Source: Botryllus schlosseri
Lineage: Eukaryota
Reading direction: 5' to 3'
DNA: 64,000 bases
Assembly (NCBI GenBank): GCA_051294905.1
Contig: CM119374.1
Coordinates: 23,746,001-23,810,000 of the forward strand
In this document: piece by piece, positions 35,301 to 48,872 of the stretch
Position numbering within the stretch: position 1 is the first letter of the stretch
Layout of the letters: each line of letters begins with the position of its first letter
Notes under the pieces: model-generated
Database searches by the model: none
What the model was told of the DNA's origin: nothing
The model's input: the letters and a program-made list of their open reading frames with translations, nothing else
Program-made: the position numbers and the translations under genes

Positions 35301-37147
35301 TCTGGATTCCCTCTCTAGTCGCGCGGAGCGCGAACAATTTTTCCACCTTGAAAGTTAATCGAAATTTTGGGCACAAAATGAGTGATGATGCATCTTCCGG
35401 TTTTCATTAATCACTTTGTTGCATTTTGTCATTTTGAAATACCACCATTAGGCATAGTCGAAATATATATTGGAATCGGCCAAACGTACGGGTGTATTAT
35501 TTTCCTTTGCGATTCGCATTGGGACGGCGGGGCTCAGATTACACCATTATATGAAAAACGAAAAATCCAATACGCCCTGAACCGCACCAATCGTGAACAA
35601 AGTTTTCGAGTCTAATTAAAATCTCTCAAAGATTTGGAACCAATTCGTTAATTCAAATTGCATATTGACGGTCGCCAACTAACGATAGTTTATTATGCTC
35701 AGAGGGCTGCATAAATATTGTTTAACTTAACGGATGCGAGCGACCGTACGTTTGCAAGGTTGGCAACTTCTGGCCCGTTGAAATAAAGGCGAACAAGGCT
35801 GCAACGGATTGGAAATGCTATACATTAATCAGGGCTCGAGGTTACAGGACCACCGTCTAGCAGAGCGGCCCTCAAACTCGACCCGCCAAGACACCCATTT
35901 TAATGTGAATCTGGTACACCCCATTACACCCCATCTAAGTGATATACACTTTCCCTTTTAAACTTTTGGTACATCCCAGGGTGAGGGTGTACGATACACC
36001 CGGTTGAAGAGCCCTGGTCTATATAGGTCATTATCTGATGGGCGCGATCAAGCGCTGTGCTGGGACGTGTAGTAATGACAGTGTTTGCCTTTGGAAATGC
36101 AAAACATGATAGAGTTTAAGCTGAAAGTCTCTAGGTAAGTGGTCGCTGTGAATCAGGACACTATCAATGTGGGACTTTAGATTGCCTAGAATCTAAACTG
36201 TTCCCATACCTTCCTTATCGCCGAAATACTGAAACTTCAGATAATTGTCAGAATGTTGCATCTGGGTGTGTGGCATTCACTTCAAGGTAATTGCATCATT
36301 ATTTGCTAAGTCATGAATATTATGATCGCGAAATTGCCAGGGTAGGCTAATATTACACCATGATGTCGCGTTTGAATCAGATTTATATTTCGATCAACAC
36401 TGCTCAGTGCTCAATGAACATCATGATGCCTTAAAGGCTATTCGTGGATTTTGTATGGTCATGCTCATAGATCATTTTTTATTGTGCTGATCGTGTTCAC
36501 AGCGCGAAGACAAAACTCCGGTACCAAAGCGCCCTCCCGAAGCCGCATATTCGACATTGTAGTTTCACGATGCTAATATAGGAAGTGAAATTGCCCGAGG
36601 TGTGCAAATTTTCACATCAGCATAAGTCACAATCAAATTACCCAAACACTTTTGACCGTCATGCACTGGCATTGCCGGATACCGATGAATCTACCGCGTG
36701 ATTTGTTTCAGCAATCTTCTATAACATATCTGCCTTGCTGCAGAATATCATTCATTCGACATAATTACGTGAAATTCCACATCCTACAATTATACTCTGA
36801 TGTATTATCATAGTAAGGTACGCATTTAATTGTGGAAGTGTTCCGCGCAATGAGGAAAATATTATATTCATGATGAGGTTCAGGGGATGTTGATCCCGTC
36901 ACAACAATCTACATACTCGAACCTTTAATTTTTTTCTGAAATTACACATAACATGACGTCGGTGTTCGCCTAAATGATCAAAAATGAATATTACCTCTAA
37001 AAGCGGATAATGATACCAAGTGACCGGTTTCGAATCCATGCATCAAATTCTTCTTCGAAAGCGAGGGTTGCTTTGAATAAAATCAGCCGGAGCGATGGGG
37101 AGCTGCGCTTTATCTAGATATCAGGCAGAAGACAACGTACAGGAAAT

Positions 37148-40100
37148 ATGTGTAGTTGGACAACATATACGATCACAAAGTTACTGCTGATTGCAATGCT
37201 AATGAGTTGGTGTCAAAATACGAATGCAAGAACAGGTGAGGTATCGAAAACGTTTCATAGCACAGTGCATCCTACGTACCTAATTTAATATGCGTCGTTC
37301 CGGCCATTAATGCATCCGAATTTTAAAAAAAGCGTCACCCTAATGTATGAACGTATGCAAATAATTGAAGTGAACATAGAGATATCAGGCATTTCAGTCT
37401 TCACAGTTAATGCTGTATAGTCATAAAATAGTTTTTTTTTGTCGGATGAGAAAGATTATTATTGTCCGCTCTTGGAGGGGCGTGTGCAGCACCGTGACAA
37501 TTATTATGCAGTATGTAGCCGGTTCCAAATTTCTACTAGTAGTTCTTACATCCGGCTATACAAGATCTCTTCAACACGCAAAGATGTGCTTCCTGCACTT
37601 CAATAAAGTAATGTAGTGTACGAATATAAGTGCCACTGTGATTGTGGCTACGTGGGAAGAACGTCAAACCGTCTGCAGGAACGCATAAACCAGAATTTCC
37701 TCAGAGTTATCAGAACAAGTGTATCACGCTCGTTGAAGAGCTCACCCTTAACTCATCCGCTTAAACTTGATGCTGACCGATCAAAGGCGGTTAATTCTGC
37801 CTTCAGCAAACATCTGTTAGATAATCCAATTTGTGCTCATAATTATCGAGACGACAGATTTCGCGTCGTTGGAAGGGGCCGTTCACACTTCCATTTGTGT
37901 GCCTTGGAGTCGAATTTTATCAAAATACACCAACCAAAACTCTGTCAACAAAATGAGTTCGTGTACCACCTAAAAATAGTACATTCAACGTTCTCTCATT
38001 CAAAATTTCATGCTGGTGGTGTCAGATTTTGCGTTACGATTGTTGATATGCAATGTTCTTTCCAATTCTTTATTAGTTGCTGACGATTACCCCTGACGAG
38101 TGTCAGCCGAAAATATTCGGGTTCATTTCAATATGAATATACTATTCAAGATTAGGATACCAGCATGACTCAAGGGGTGCGAGAATTATTGCTGTGTGTT
38201 ACATATTCCGTTTTCGACAGATCCACTGCGCTCCGGGCAGATTTGCCGAAGACCTTACATTAGAAAAGGACGGGTTGAACCTAGCTTCCCTGCATATTTC
38301 CAGCATGAGATGATAGTAATCCATTGTGCTCACCCGTACATCAAAATTGGACCCGGCGTAGCAATTTGCCAGTGGTCTGGGATCTTCACAAATTTACCGG
38401 ACTGTGTTGGTAAGTCGCATATTAGACTGGGAAATGAGTTGACGTGACCTCCTAAAGGCATCCTGGAGGCCACAATCCTACCTACAAACAAATCTATATA
38501 CATATATAGGTATGGTAATTGGTAATGGCTCTTCGACACGCATGACAGATGTCCAGTGTCCATGCCTACAAATATTCTTGTATCAACTCACTATGATTTG
38601 CATGTAATGCCAAGTGTGCTTTTGGGTTAGGCTTATCTTTCCTTTCTTTCCAGCTTAATCATTTGATTGAGTGGCTAACTACTGAATAAATGCATAACTT
38701 AGGAAGTTACATTACGCGGCACGATAGTTTTAATTATGCATTTATTTGCGATGACCTCCGAAGTGGCGCTGCCCATAGTTGCGTAAACCACGGATGGAAG
38801 TCGCCCACTAACGACAGTAATCTTCATACTGCTGAAGATACTATTTGTCAGCTCACTGTTGAGGTTAATCCAACAAGGCCACGTCTGATATGCAATCCCG
38901 GTACAGATGATATATTTACACATATAACAGACTACGGACCAACCCGTCGCTTAGTAAATCTATGGGACACGTTGATAATACAATACCATCGTGTTCCGTT
39001 AGCCCAGCAATTCTTGACGGTTTTTCTCGCACGAAACCGTAAATTTACTTGGGTGGTTTCGTGAACCCCCTAAATAGGAAAGCTGATAAGTTGATGAAAG
39101 TAGAAAGTAGAACACTTTGTCAAAATTTTCAAAATTAAAATACCGGTGGAAAATCCTTAAAAATTGATCAATTTTTCCCACTTCGTAGTCGCTTGACTAA
39201 AAAAAGGTCATCTTTCTCGCTCAGCGCCCAAGATACTGTTTTTACCTGCACTTTATCAGGTGGTTGACTAAAAAAATATAAAATAAAAAAGGTCAACTTT
39301 CGCAGAGCTCCCCCGTTAGTTCAGTGCTATTTAATGGTATCTCGGTCGAATTTTGCCCATGTTTAACCAAAATTCTAAAAAAGAGGACAAATTCTCTAAA
39401 ATGAGGACATTTAGTCGTCCTCGGAAGACATTTTCAAAAACCCGAAAAAGGAGGACGTATGGTGACCCTAATATATTGCCACCTGGTATGGTTATCGGCG
39501 GAAAAGCGACCTGATAACTGAAAAGCGGTCATGTAAGTAATAACTTTCGCTCGTGACATGCGGTAAGCGCGGAAAATATGACAAAATGAGGGTAGGCCTA
39601 TGTATAGTTTTAGTTTCAAAATTGGCCTTTCATAACCCTTTTAAACTACTCCCACAAGGTACACGGGTTGCAGACTAAAAACCCATACTTTAGGCGGCCC
39701 TATCTCAACGATTAGACGTATTGAGCTGCTTGGCAGAGCCTGTTGCCAAACGTCAATGTATCAAACGCAATGAATGAACCTGTATCTTGCAGCCTGCGTT
39801 ACACCGCGCCCTCCCAACGGATCGGTCAGACCTCGAGTAGCGAGAGTTTACCAAGACGTTGAATTCCGATGTGGTAAAGGGTACACGCTCGAAGGCGAAG
39901 CCCATCAATTCTGCAAAAGGGATGGAACTCTTTCCGGCTCACCGCCAACCTGCAATCGTAAGTACCGGTAGGAATCGACCATCATGATTGAAAAAACGTG
40001 TGTGATCACGTGCTGTATACATTTTACCCCTCGGTAAGCATAATGTAAACCAGTGGTTCTTAACCTTTTTTCCTGCGCCCTCTTTCAAAAATTGCCCGGT

Positions 40101-43100
40101 TCTGGCGATCCTCTATTTTGAGCACTGTTGTAAAAACAATGGTTAAGTGGTCGAAGTCCGGCTTCGGGTAGGTAGGGGAGATGTGGTACCGACGGATCAA
40201 AAATTGAAAAATGATCGCTGGCCCCGAAATGTTCAGCCGAAAACAGCAGATCTTTTGCTGGCTCAGCACTTTCATACAAGCTTTACCTATCGCGCACATG
40301 TACATGAATATCCGTCTTTCCAAAAAATATTTATGGACGTTCAAAATTTGTTGCTCGAACGTGTCATCGGTCCCCACCCGGTGGGTCCAATGGCACACGA
40401 CCCGGGGACCTATGAGACATACTCTCAAAATCTCAGATTTCTTGCTCAGTATTTTAATCTAAGCTACAGTAAGGCAAAGAAGAATGTTTGGTCGCAACCG
40501 TGAAAAAATAGAATAAATAATAACTCAAATGTTGCCATAAAATCACGTTTCGATTTAGGCTCGAACTTATAAATTTGAGGGTACATACATATTGCCCGAA
40601 AATCGACAGTGTGACATGCAAATACCTCGTTATAGCGATAAAACATCATATGCAATTATTACATAAAGAGTTTCTGTACGTAGGCATGTTTCAGTTGTTG
40701 GATGATTAATATGCTTGATTATTTTGCTTGATTTGGATATTGTATCATCGGGCCCCACCCTACGAATTTTATACACGAATTGAAAAAAAATCCACTCAAG
40801 GAAGGTATTGAAAAAATAATAGGTGCCATTATATAGCCTGATACAAGCCCTACACTTCACATTAAAAATGATTGCTGGTTTGTTCGTGTTGAAGGTTACA
40901 AAGAAAAATGTATGTGTCGATCGAAATTTAGTTTACACCCCCAGAAACAAAAAACATCTCTCAGAGACCCCATAGCTCGCGCACGTCGAATTTCTTTGTA
41001 TGCGAGGAAAGATTTTGCCAGCTTGCAATTGTGGAAAAGTGTGCGGAGTGTAATCATGGAATTATCATGGAGAATTTTCAAAGTATTTTCGGTCCCAGTG
41101 ATCCATCGGTACCACATCTCCCCTACTTCACTGTCAGACCACTCGACTAATTAACGGTATAATTGTATGTGCTTTTTTCGGGATCATATCCAGGTTGTTA
41201 TAACAACCATCGGTTATGGCCTCACAGCATGTGTTTCGAGATTGATGCACAGTTGTACACGTGTACACAGTGTGTACACATCCCAAATTCTCCGCTGCGA
41301 TTGACAAAACGGCGAAGTTAATTGTATTGGGTTTATTTTTATTGCTTTGTGCGACTACTAAATCAACTGAGAATGTGGTAGAGATCTTTGCTCATATTAA
41401 ATTTAGTACTGCACCAAGCTCTTAATTTTAACATGAATGGGGGTAACAACACTATACAGTATCATCCTTTATGATATGATGAACAAATATTCTGAAGATT
41501 TAATTTTGTAGCTCTTAAAAACAAGCATATTTAGTCAATCATTTCGGCCGAAAAGCTTCAAAACATCTTTAATGTACACTCGAAACTTATACAGTACAGT
41601 GCATTTTCGATTTCGATACGCAGTGCGCTGCAGGTAACAATACCTAGTTCAAAATATTTTGTGGAAAATTATCCGTGCTATCAGTATCAGTATCAGTTTA
41701 ATAATACTTTCATCATTTCAAAACACCACGAAACTGCGATACAATGAAAAGATCGGAAGGTGTCGAAACGACTTGGAGCAGTTGGCGTGACGAAAGTGTT
41801 TTAACGGGAAATATGCAATCCAAATTCTAAAGTACTCCAAATTCATTTTACATGAATTAAAATAAGCCACTGCATTCATGGAAGCATGGTCGGCGGGTAT
41901 TTCGTGATGAGCTCAATGAAAAACGTTGTGATTTGACAGATTTTGTCGATTCAGGGATATCCCTGTGTCGAATGTTAGCTTGCACTGAGAACTCGGGGAT
42001 ATATAGAACTATGGTTCTACTATATAATCATATGTCCTTACTACCCATCTACTACGCGGCCATTTTTTCAGATCCCCCCATACTGCCCCCCATTTCGCCC
42101 ACTGAGCGTTTCCGCCCCCTTCAAAATCCAAATCGCCCCATGGGGGAGGGGCTGGAGACAAGGTTAAGAACCACTAATATAAACAAACACGCAGTCGGCA
42201 GTGGCAGTGAGGTTGCGCAGATATAAACTTCGGGAATGGCAAGATATATATTATGCATTATTTATCACAGGGGTCGCCAACTTAAATCGGGTCGCGGTCC
42301 ACGTTTCCAATTTCGTAGCGGTCGTGGGCCGCATGAATGTAATATCGAGATAAATTAGGCTCCACAGTTTAGCAGCCACGTTCTTCGAACTTTACGGTAG
42401 TACAACGCTGTGCTCTCAAACATGGGCGACGGGCATAGTTGCATAGTTGATCTTGTGCGGAAGCCTTAAGTCATTTTCTAAGCGTCTTGCTTTTGGCAGT
42501 TTCTGGGCCCCTGCACGTCAAGTATGGTTACCATATTTTGGAACCGGGAAGGGAGGACACTTTCAAGATCTTCAGACTTGGAATACAGGAGTAAAATCCG
42601 GAAAAATGGTAGATTTTCCACGATATTGTAGTTAGTTGGCTAAAAATTGAAGGTCAACTTTCCGGCTCAACTCCAAAAATACAGTTTTTTTTTACACTTT
42701 ACGTTGGTTGACTAAAACAAAAGGTCGTCACTTTCGTTCAAACCACGAATTTCCTATTTAGCGTCATTTATGCTCATTTTCATTCGAATCCATCCACTAT
42801 CTTAGCTCTAAAAGCTGTAAACGAGGACGAATTGCCAAAAAGGAGAACAAATGATCCTGAAGGAGGAGGTATGGTAACCCTAACGTTAAGGCAATATTCC
42901 TATTCCACTCTGTTATATCTTGCTCCGTATAATGCTAATTCATCAGCTAACAGCTAGTGAGGAATAGTGACGTTGGGCACATAGAATAGCTTATTTTGAA
43001 CAACAAGAGCAATATTTTAAAACTGAAATCAATTTCAGTATTATAAAATTCTTTACCAAGCGTTTACTTCCGAAATCTCAAATCAGGTCGCGGGCCGCAG

Positions 43101-45486
43101 AATGTGACCTCGCGGGTCGCGTGTTGGCGACCCCTGATCTAACCTAATATAATCCTATAGCAACAACTAGCATGTGATACATGTATGATTTGACAGGAGA
43201 TCCATCATGCGTTAAGCCGGTTCTGGGATCGAACTTGAAAGCTATACCGCAAAAGGATGAATATGCAGTCGGAGACAAAATCATATACTATTGCCCTCCC
43301 CATCAAAACATATATCCCGCTAATGCTACTGTGTCAGTGTGCGGGAAGGATTCAGAGCTTAGTGGAATCATTCCAGAGAAATGCGTTAATGGTGAGTTCG
43401 AGATTGTGAAACGTTATCGTGAATGTTATATGGACATTTCCTGAATTTTGGCGGGGCATAAACTAGGGCTGTGGAGTCGGAGTCGGTGGAGTGGGAGTAG
43501 GATTAGGAGTCTTAAATTTTTTTAGCACTCTTTGGAGTCGGAATCGGAGTAGGAGTCATGAAAAAAATACTGAGTGGAGTCGGGGTAGGAGTTTGTGAAA
43601 ATGCTCCTGACTCCGACTCGACTCCGATTCCAACTTTTTCAAGAAAGCAAGTGCTTTTGAAGGTCTCTTAAATTAGTCATAATAAATAAAATAGTATTTG
43701 TATGGCCCGACAATCATTGTTATTAGTAACGGTACCGATAACATTGGACATTATATGCAAATTACAATTCATCTTCGTGACCAACGCAAAATTGCTGATG
43801 CAATCAGAAATTGGTTCAACTTTTGGAATTATGCCATGATACTGTGAAAGAGTGAATAAATCGTATAGTTTTGTAAGTGTCAACAACATATGTAAAGGCA
43901 AAATAAAAACAATATTTCTCTTAATAAGTAGTTCAGCCGCTTGGGCAGAAGAAATCTTTAATAAAGCGTGCAAGTATAGCCCTTGTGTCATGAATACTTG
44001 ACAGGTAGACATATACTAAGACTTCTCCCTAAATTTCGTTTCTGACCACCATTTATTAGTAGTGAGAGAGTGTAGGCTTGTCATCAGGATAGTGTGCAGT
44101 GAGAAAATTTGTACATCTCTGCATTAGTTGATGACTCATACACAAGAACTACACTTTTATTGTTTTTATCCACATTATAATTATACCGGATGGGATATAT
44201 TTATCATGTTTGAATGATTCATACATATCACAGAACATTCGTGGCTTGTCTATATTATAAAAACTTATAACATATGAAAAAAGGAAGGATATTTCGTAAA
44301 AAAAGACTTCCGTGTTTATTGTACGGTGACTGTTTGAAGCTATGTCAAAATGTAACAATTTTGCACGCCATCGTGAATAATCTGTTTGCATATGTTTAAT
44401 GGATATATGAAAGTCGTTACACCATCACCGTGGCATATAATAATTTTCGAAGTAAATTTGTAGTACTGTAGGAGTCGGAGTTGGAGTCGGAGTCGGAGAC
44501 GGAGTCGGTATATTGAAAATGCATGGAGTCGGAGTTGGATTTAGTAACTTTTACCACCGATAACCCCTGCTAAACCTAGGGTTGCATTTAAAGCAAATGG
44601 TGTTTTAAAACAATTTGTTTAAAACATGTTTTAAACAGTGTTTCAAAAAAGGCAATGGCCAAATGCTTGTTTTAAATTGATTTTTGTTTTAAATGCAACC
44701 CTAGCCAAACTTCCCGATTTCGTTCCAGCGACAGACCCCATTGTGTGCACTCGACCGTCGACCTTATCAGCACGCGTCAGTTTAAGACCTCACCGGGATA
44801 GATATGCAGCTGGGACTGAAGTGAAGTTCTTTTGTAAAGATACCCGTCAACGTCTGCGTGGAGAAAAAGCATCAATATGTAAAGCTGATGGCACTTTTTC
44901 GTTCGTGCGATCACCAACCTGCCTAGGTAATTGATTTTTTTTTATTAGAAGAATAGCGTTAATGATGCTATACATCGGCATAGCCATAGCCAGGTTAAAA
45001 TTTTATTGTAGTAGCAATTATGCTGTATTTTCAATCAATGACATGACGTGATATAATAAATTATTTTGAAGTGCTAAACCCATATATCATCGTATTTTCA
45101 TCACATCATAAAATTGGCGGTGAAGGTGTGTTCCTCCACCTGTAAGTGGGAGGTAGGTGGTATCTGTTTAATGGTGGCGAAATATCCTCGTGTGAGAGCT
45201 TGAGCTTATATAACCCTACTGTATTGTGATAACTCGTTGGCACCAATAACGTTAGACAACCATTTGTAATTTGGAAGCGGTGTGTGACGATATTTTTCTG
45301 ACGTGAAATACTAATAAGCCAACAATTGTTTGCGAGAATAAGCAGTCATTTGGCTTTTAATAAACCGCACTTCAAATTAATTAGCGTCATGTGACGTGAG
45401 CATATACGGCTATAGACGCCTTTAATTACATGTGACTTTGTAACTGCCTGATTTCTTAACATGTCGCTTTGTGTGTTTCAGATTGA
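37148..45486 (+). CDS. Gene C: secreted protein with signal peptide and 4 Sushi/CCP domains (about 279 aa)
   Basis: Signal exon 37148-37235 (MCSWTTYTITKLLLIAMLMSWCQNTNART). CCP exons 38221-38409, 39793-39957, 43197-43391, 44729-44926. Inferred terminal exon 45482-45486 (G|AT TGA after a TTTCAG acceptor) with AATAAA at 45568. Confidence 0.78.
37572..38149 (+). mobile_element. Decayed 3' fragment of the same Penelope-like family (GIY-YIG plus pLTR)
   Basis: VYEYKCHCDCGYVGRT..SAFSKHLLDNPIC..LESNFI is homologous to 15614-16020, with an in-frame stop near 37603. Ends ...TACTATTCAA. Lies in intron 1 of gene C. Confidence 0.88.
38079..38122 (+). ncRNA. Minimal hammerhead ribozyme (copy 3)
   Basis: Core identical to copies 1 and 2 even though the adjacent ORF has diverged. 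Confidence 0.82.
40051..42176. mobile_element. 2.1-kb hAT-type non-autonomous element with a nested LINE tail
   Basis: TIR CAGTGGTTCTTAACCTT...AAGGTTAAGAACCACTA with TSD ATGTAAAC/ATATAAAC. LINE 3' end at about 41680-41780. Confidence 0.8.
42268..43136. mobile_element. hAT-type MITE with a nested GAGGAC-family MITE
   Basis: TIR CAGGGGTCGCCAAC...GTTGGCGACCCCTG. Nested element at about 42523-42882. Confidence 0.75.
43464..44569. mobile_element. MITE with (GGAGTC)n subterminal repeats
   Basis: Starts TAGGGCTGTGGAGTCGGAGTC, has GGAGTC arrays at both ends and finishes ACCCCTG. Confidence 0.7.
44577..44703. mobile_element. Short TAGGGTTGCATTT-family MITE, 25 nt upstream of an acceptor
   Basis: TIR TAGGGTTGCATTTAAA...TTTAAATGCAACCCTA with TSD GCTAAACC/GCCAAACT. 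Confidence 0.75.
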
Positions 45487-47183
45487 GCAATCTCCTCTCG
45501 GCGACATCTCCGCTGTAAGATAGCGGTGCCGATATATCTGATATTTCTTTCTTTAAATTATTCTCAAAATAAATTCGTCCAAGTTTTTAAGAAAGTATTT
45601 TACGAGCAAAAGAAAGGGTGTTGGGTTCCATTGTCGTACAATGCGCAATGAATGTGTTCATTGCTGTTACAATATCAATGATCAAAAATTAGGCGTGGAC
45701 TTGAAGACATATACATTTAAAAATAAGTGCAACACAAGGGCAGCGTCAGTTTCAAAGCAATTACACTTGCTGCGAACGACATTGAAAATGCAAAATTTAT
45801 GAATTGTTGATGTTAACATCTAAGACAGGTGCGAAGAATCAATGCAAATGGTAACAACTTGAGAAACTGATGTTAGTTGATTTACGAATGTGAATGTCGG
45901 ATTTCTAATTTTGTTTTATAATAAATTAAGCTTTGTCAACTGAGAAAAACTCCTAGCTGGACTCACAGAAATGGAAAATCTTCTTTTATTCGTATAATTT
46001 TACATACTGATTTATAAATTGACTATATATTATTTTTGCATTCCAACACGTCAATTAATTGTGACAGTAAGAAAGGCGACACGTGAAGTTGCATTGACGT
46101 AGTCGAGTCTACAGATCTGTGACATGAACATTGTTCACTCGATGGGAAAATACAAAAATAATCATACGAATGCAGAGTGATAACTAATAAGAATGACACA
46201 TGCGTCGATACATTTTGGGAGATAATATATAGTCAGGTTATTATTGTCTCTGCAGTATAAATTTTTATTTCGTATTGATTGTGAACAGGGCAGGCTTGCG
46301 TTTCGTATGATAGATCACGAAATTCTGTAGTACAAATCCAGATTCTCGACGTTATATATGATTGAGAATCTTCATAGCCAATAATCGAACATTATTATCT
46401 CCGGTGATATATGATTGGTCAGAATAAAACAGAAATTATAGGAAAGCCAGCCACCGCTTTAGCAGTAGATAAGTGTTAATCTTATGGTGACCAAATACCC
46501 CATTGCACACGCAGATTATAAATATATAACTGCAGAAAAGGCTAAATGGGCCGAATGCTATCAAAATATCGTTTAGAAATTAGGACGTCATATGATAACG
46601 ACACTTGAATTATTGAAAATGCATTGAATTCGGGTCTTTTCACTGACCAACTAATCCAATTGCATCCTACAAGGTTGTTAATAGCCTGAGGCGAATTGAG
46701 CGCATATATCCTGTATAAGCTGGGGAATTTTACATACGCCTAGATTAAAGGTCATATTTGAGAGTCAAACTAATCCAATCTCAGGAATCCACTTTCCAAA
46801 TTAGATTTAAATTTATGTAACCGATTCCAGGAGGAGCGCCTTTACGTAATTAAGGAGATTGCGGTGGATTGCCGCAATTTATTACTATTTGTGCAACTTA
46901 CGCGTGTCTATTCCAACAACACATAAACAGTTTAACGCCAATATAGCATCACATACTATACATGTAATTGTCACATACGAAACCGGCTATGATGGCATTG
47001 AAGCTATGTCGAGGGAATAGCCTACCACTGTAAACTCCCAATAAGTTGGGTCGAATTAGTATTTGGACGACGCAAAAAGCTTGATGATTCTGAAGGAGTG
47101 GATTGGACGCTTTTCGCATATACTTCGCAATGGTCCCTAGTGCAAACCCTATACATATGTGCTGTATGTACTCATCTAGAAAT

Positions 47184-47374
47184 TGAATAGTATATTCATA
47201 TTGAAATAAAACCGAATATTTTCGGCTGACACTCGTCAGGGGTAATTGTCAGCAACTAGTAGAGAATTGGAAATAACATTGTATATCAACAAAATATGAC
47301 GTCACCAGCATGAAATTTCGAACGAGAGAGCGTTCAATTGTATATTGAAGTTTTCTACCTTCAAGAAGCTCTTT
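47184..47374 (-). mobile_element. Solo pLTR with inverted tail, Penelope-like family
   Basis: Homologous to 15452-15613. Carries the 33-nt tail shared with 16985-17017 (4 mismatches) and a TSD ATCTAG(A/G)AAT (47174-47183, 47375-47384). Confidence 0.85.
47210..47253 (-). ncRNA. Minimal hammerhead ribozyme variant (copy 4)
   Basis: Core intact. Stem I has one mismatch (ACCC/GGUU) and the upstream motif is GCUGACA instead of GCUGACG. Confidence 0.72.
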
Positions 47375-48872
47375 ATCTAGGAATATATACCAACAATGCC
47401 TACCAATGCCGGATGTGATCCAAATTACCAAAACTATGACCATAAATCGCACAAATACAGCCACCATTGTATCAAAATATGTCATCAGCTTGATCCTGGT
47501 ATAATGTTTTTGGAGCAAGCAGATAGACTCCGACGTTAAATATTGGCGGAGAGAATGACAGAGCAGTTTAAAGAAAGTCATGCAGTCACATGACTATCAT
47601 TATCCCGAATAATACAAGGAAAATTAAATATTACCGAAATATAAACCCAGACAGAGTATCTTCTGACACCATATCGGTATGCAGGCCAGATGTGCTCTAT
47701 TTTGTAATATACAGGCCAGGATAATTGCCAAATTCGCGCAGCGGAATTTGTTCCATTGATTAATGAATGCATTCATTGGAAATACAACTGCAGGGGCATG
47801 CGGAGTTTTCTGCGTATTCAAACATGGTATACATGAAGTAATGCATATACTTGTGCTTATCATGAGTCAGTGTATATGCCGCAAAAAACATCAAGGACAA
47901 AAATAAACTGCGTCCTTTCCTTTCCAATCCGAATCACAATCCGAAACCAAAGCATATGCAAGTGCATGGTATAGGATTTTCGATATAAGTTCTATGCTAA
48001 GTTCGCTGAAAGTAATCCATGATTCGATGACCATCCAAACCGACACGGCCTTACAGCAATTCGCAATGTGGGAAACATTTTCATATTAAGTTTATACGAT
48101 CTATCAGTTATATTCAAGTCTCAGTGCACGTTGAAACGATTTCGCTATTCATGGTGTGATGTCAATGTGCAGCCGAAATAATGCACCACTACTGATCGTG
48201 GCCGGACTCGCAACTTTACACGACAAAACGAAAGCAATGCCAGAAAGCAAAAGTACCTGACGCAACGAAAGCATGACATCATACAGCAGTAATAGAGTAA
48301 AACTGTGGCCACTGCTGTGTCGATATTAGCAAATGCATATAGCGGTAAATGTTATAAGCTTATTTCAACAATACTGACTTTGCGGAAATAGGTGAATCTA
48401 TTTTGAAGCTAGTCGACAAATCCGAAATTTAAAATGATCTGGCCTACCTCATTAAGAAACTCCTCTAATTTTATCCATGCACTTAAACTTAAAGTATATG
48501 AATCGCACAATAGATGACTGAGCCTGTCCCCTCCTTCAGTAGATTGCAGAAAATATTTGATGGAACAGCATCAGTGCGAAATGCTCGAAACAGCGAGCGC
48601 TTCCAAGCTAAACAACATATAATACTCCTTACGTTATGATAGCCCACAAAAATACCGGCTTACTCCCCGAAATCCCATCCTTACGAGAATAATGAAGAGC
48701 CTAATTGTTTCAATTCATCTCACGCAGGGATTACCGCTCCAAGATCTAGAGTGCATCATATAGGAAAACAATGAAGATCCCTATAAATACTCATGCAATC
48801 GAACATGCGCTGAGAAAACTCGTAACCGCACCCAGCAGGTCGAACGAAAACGTATATTCATTTGCTGTTGGA

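Noticed and set aside
47654-47677. EYLLTPYR, which resembles a Harbinger transposase motif
   Set aside because: Stops lie close on both sides and no other DDE motifs are nearby.
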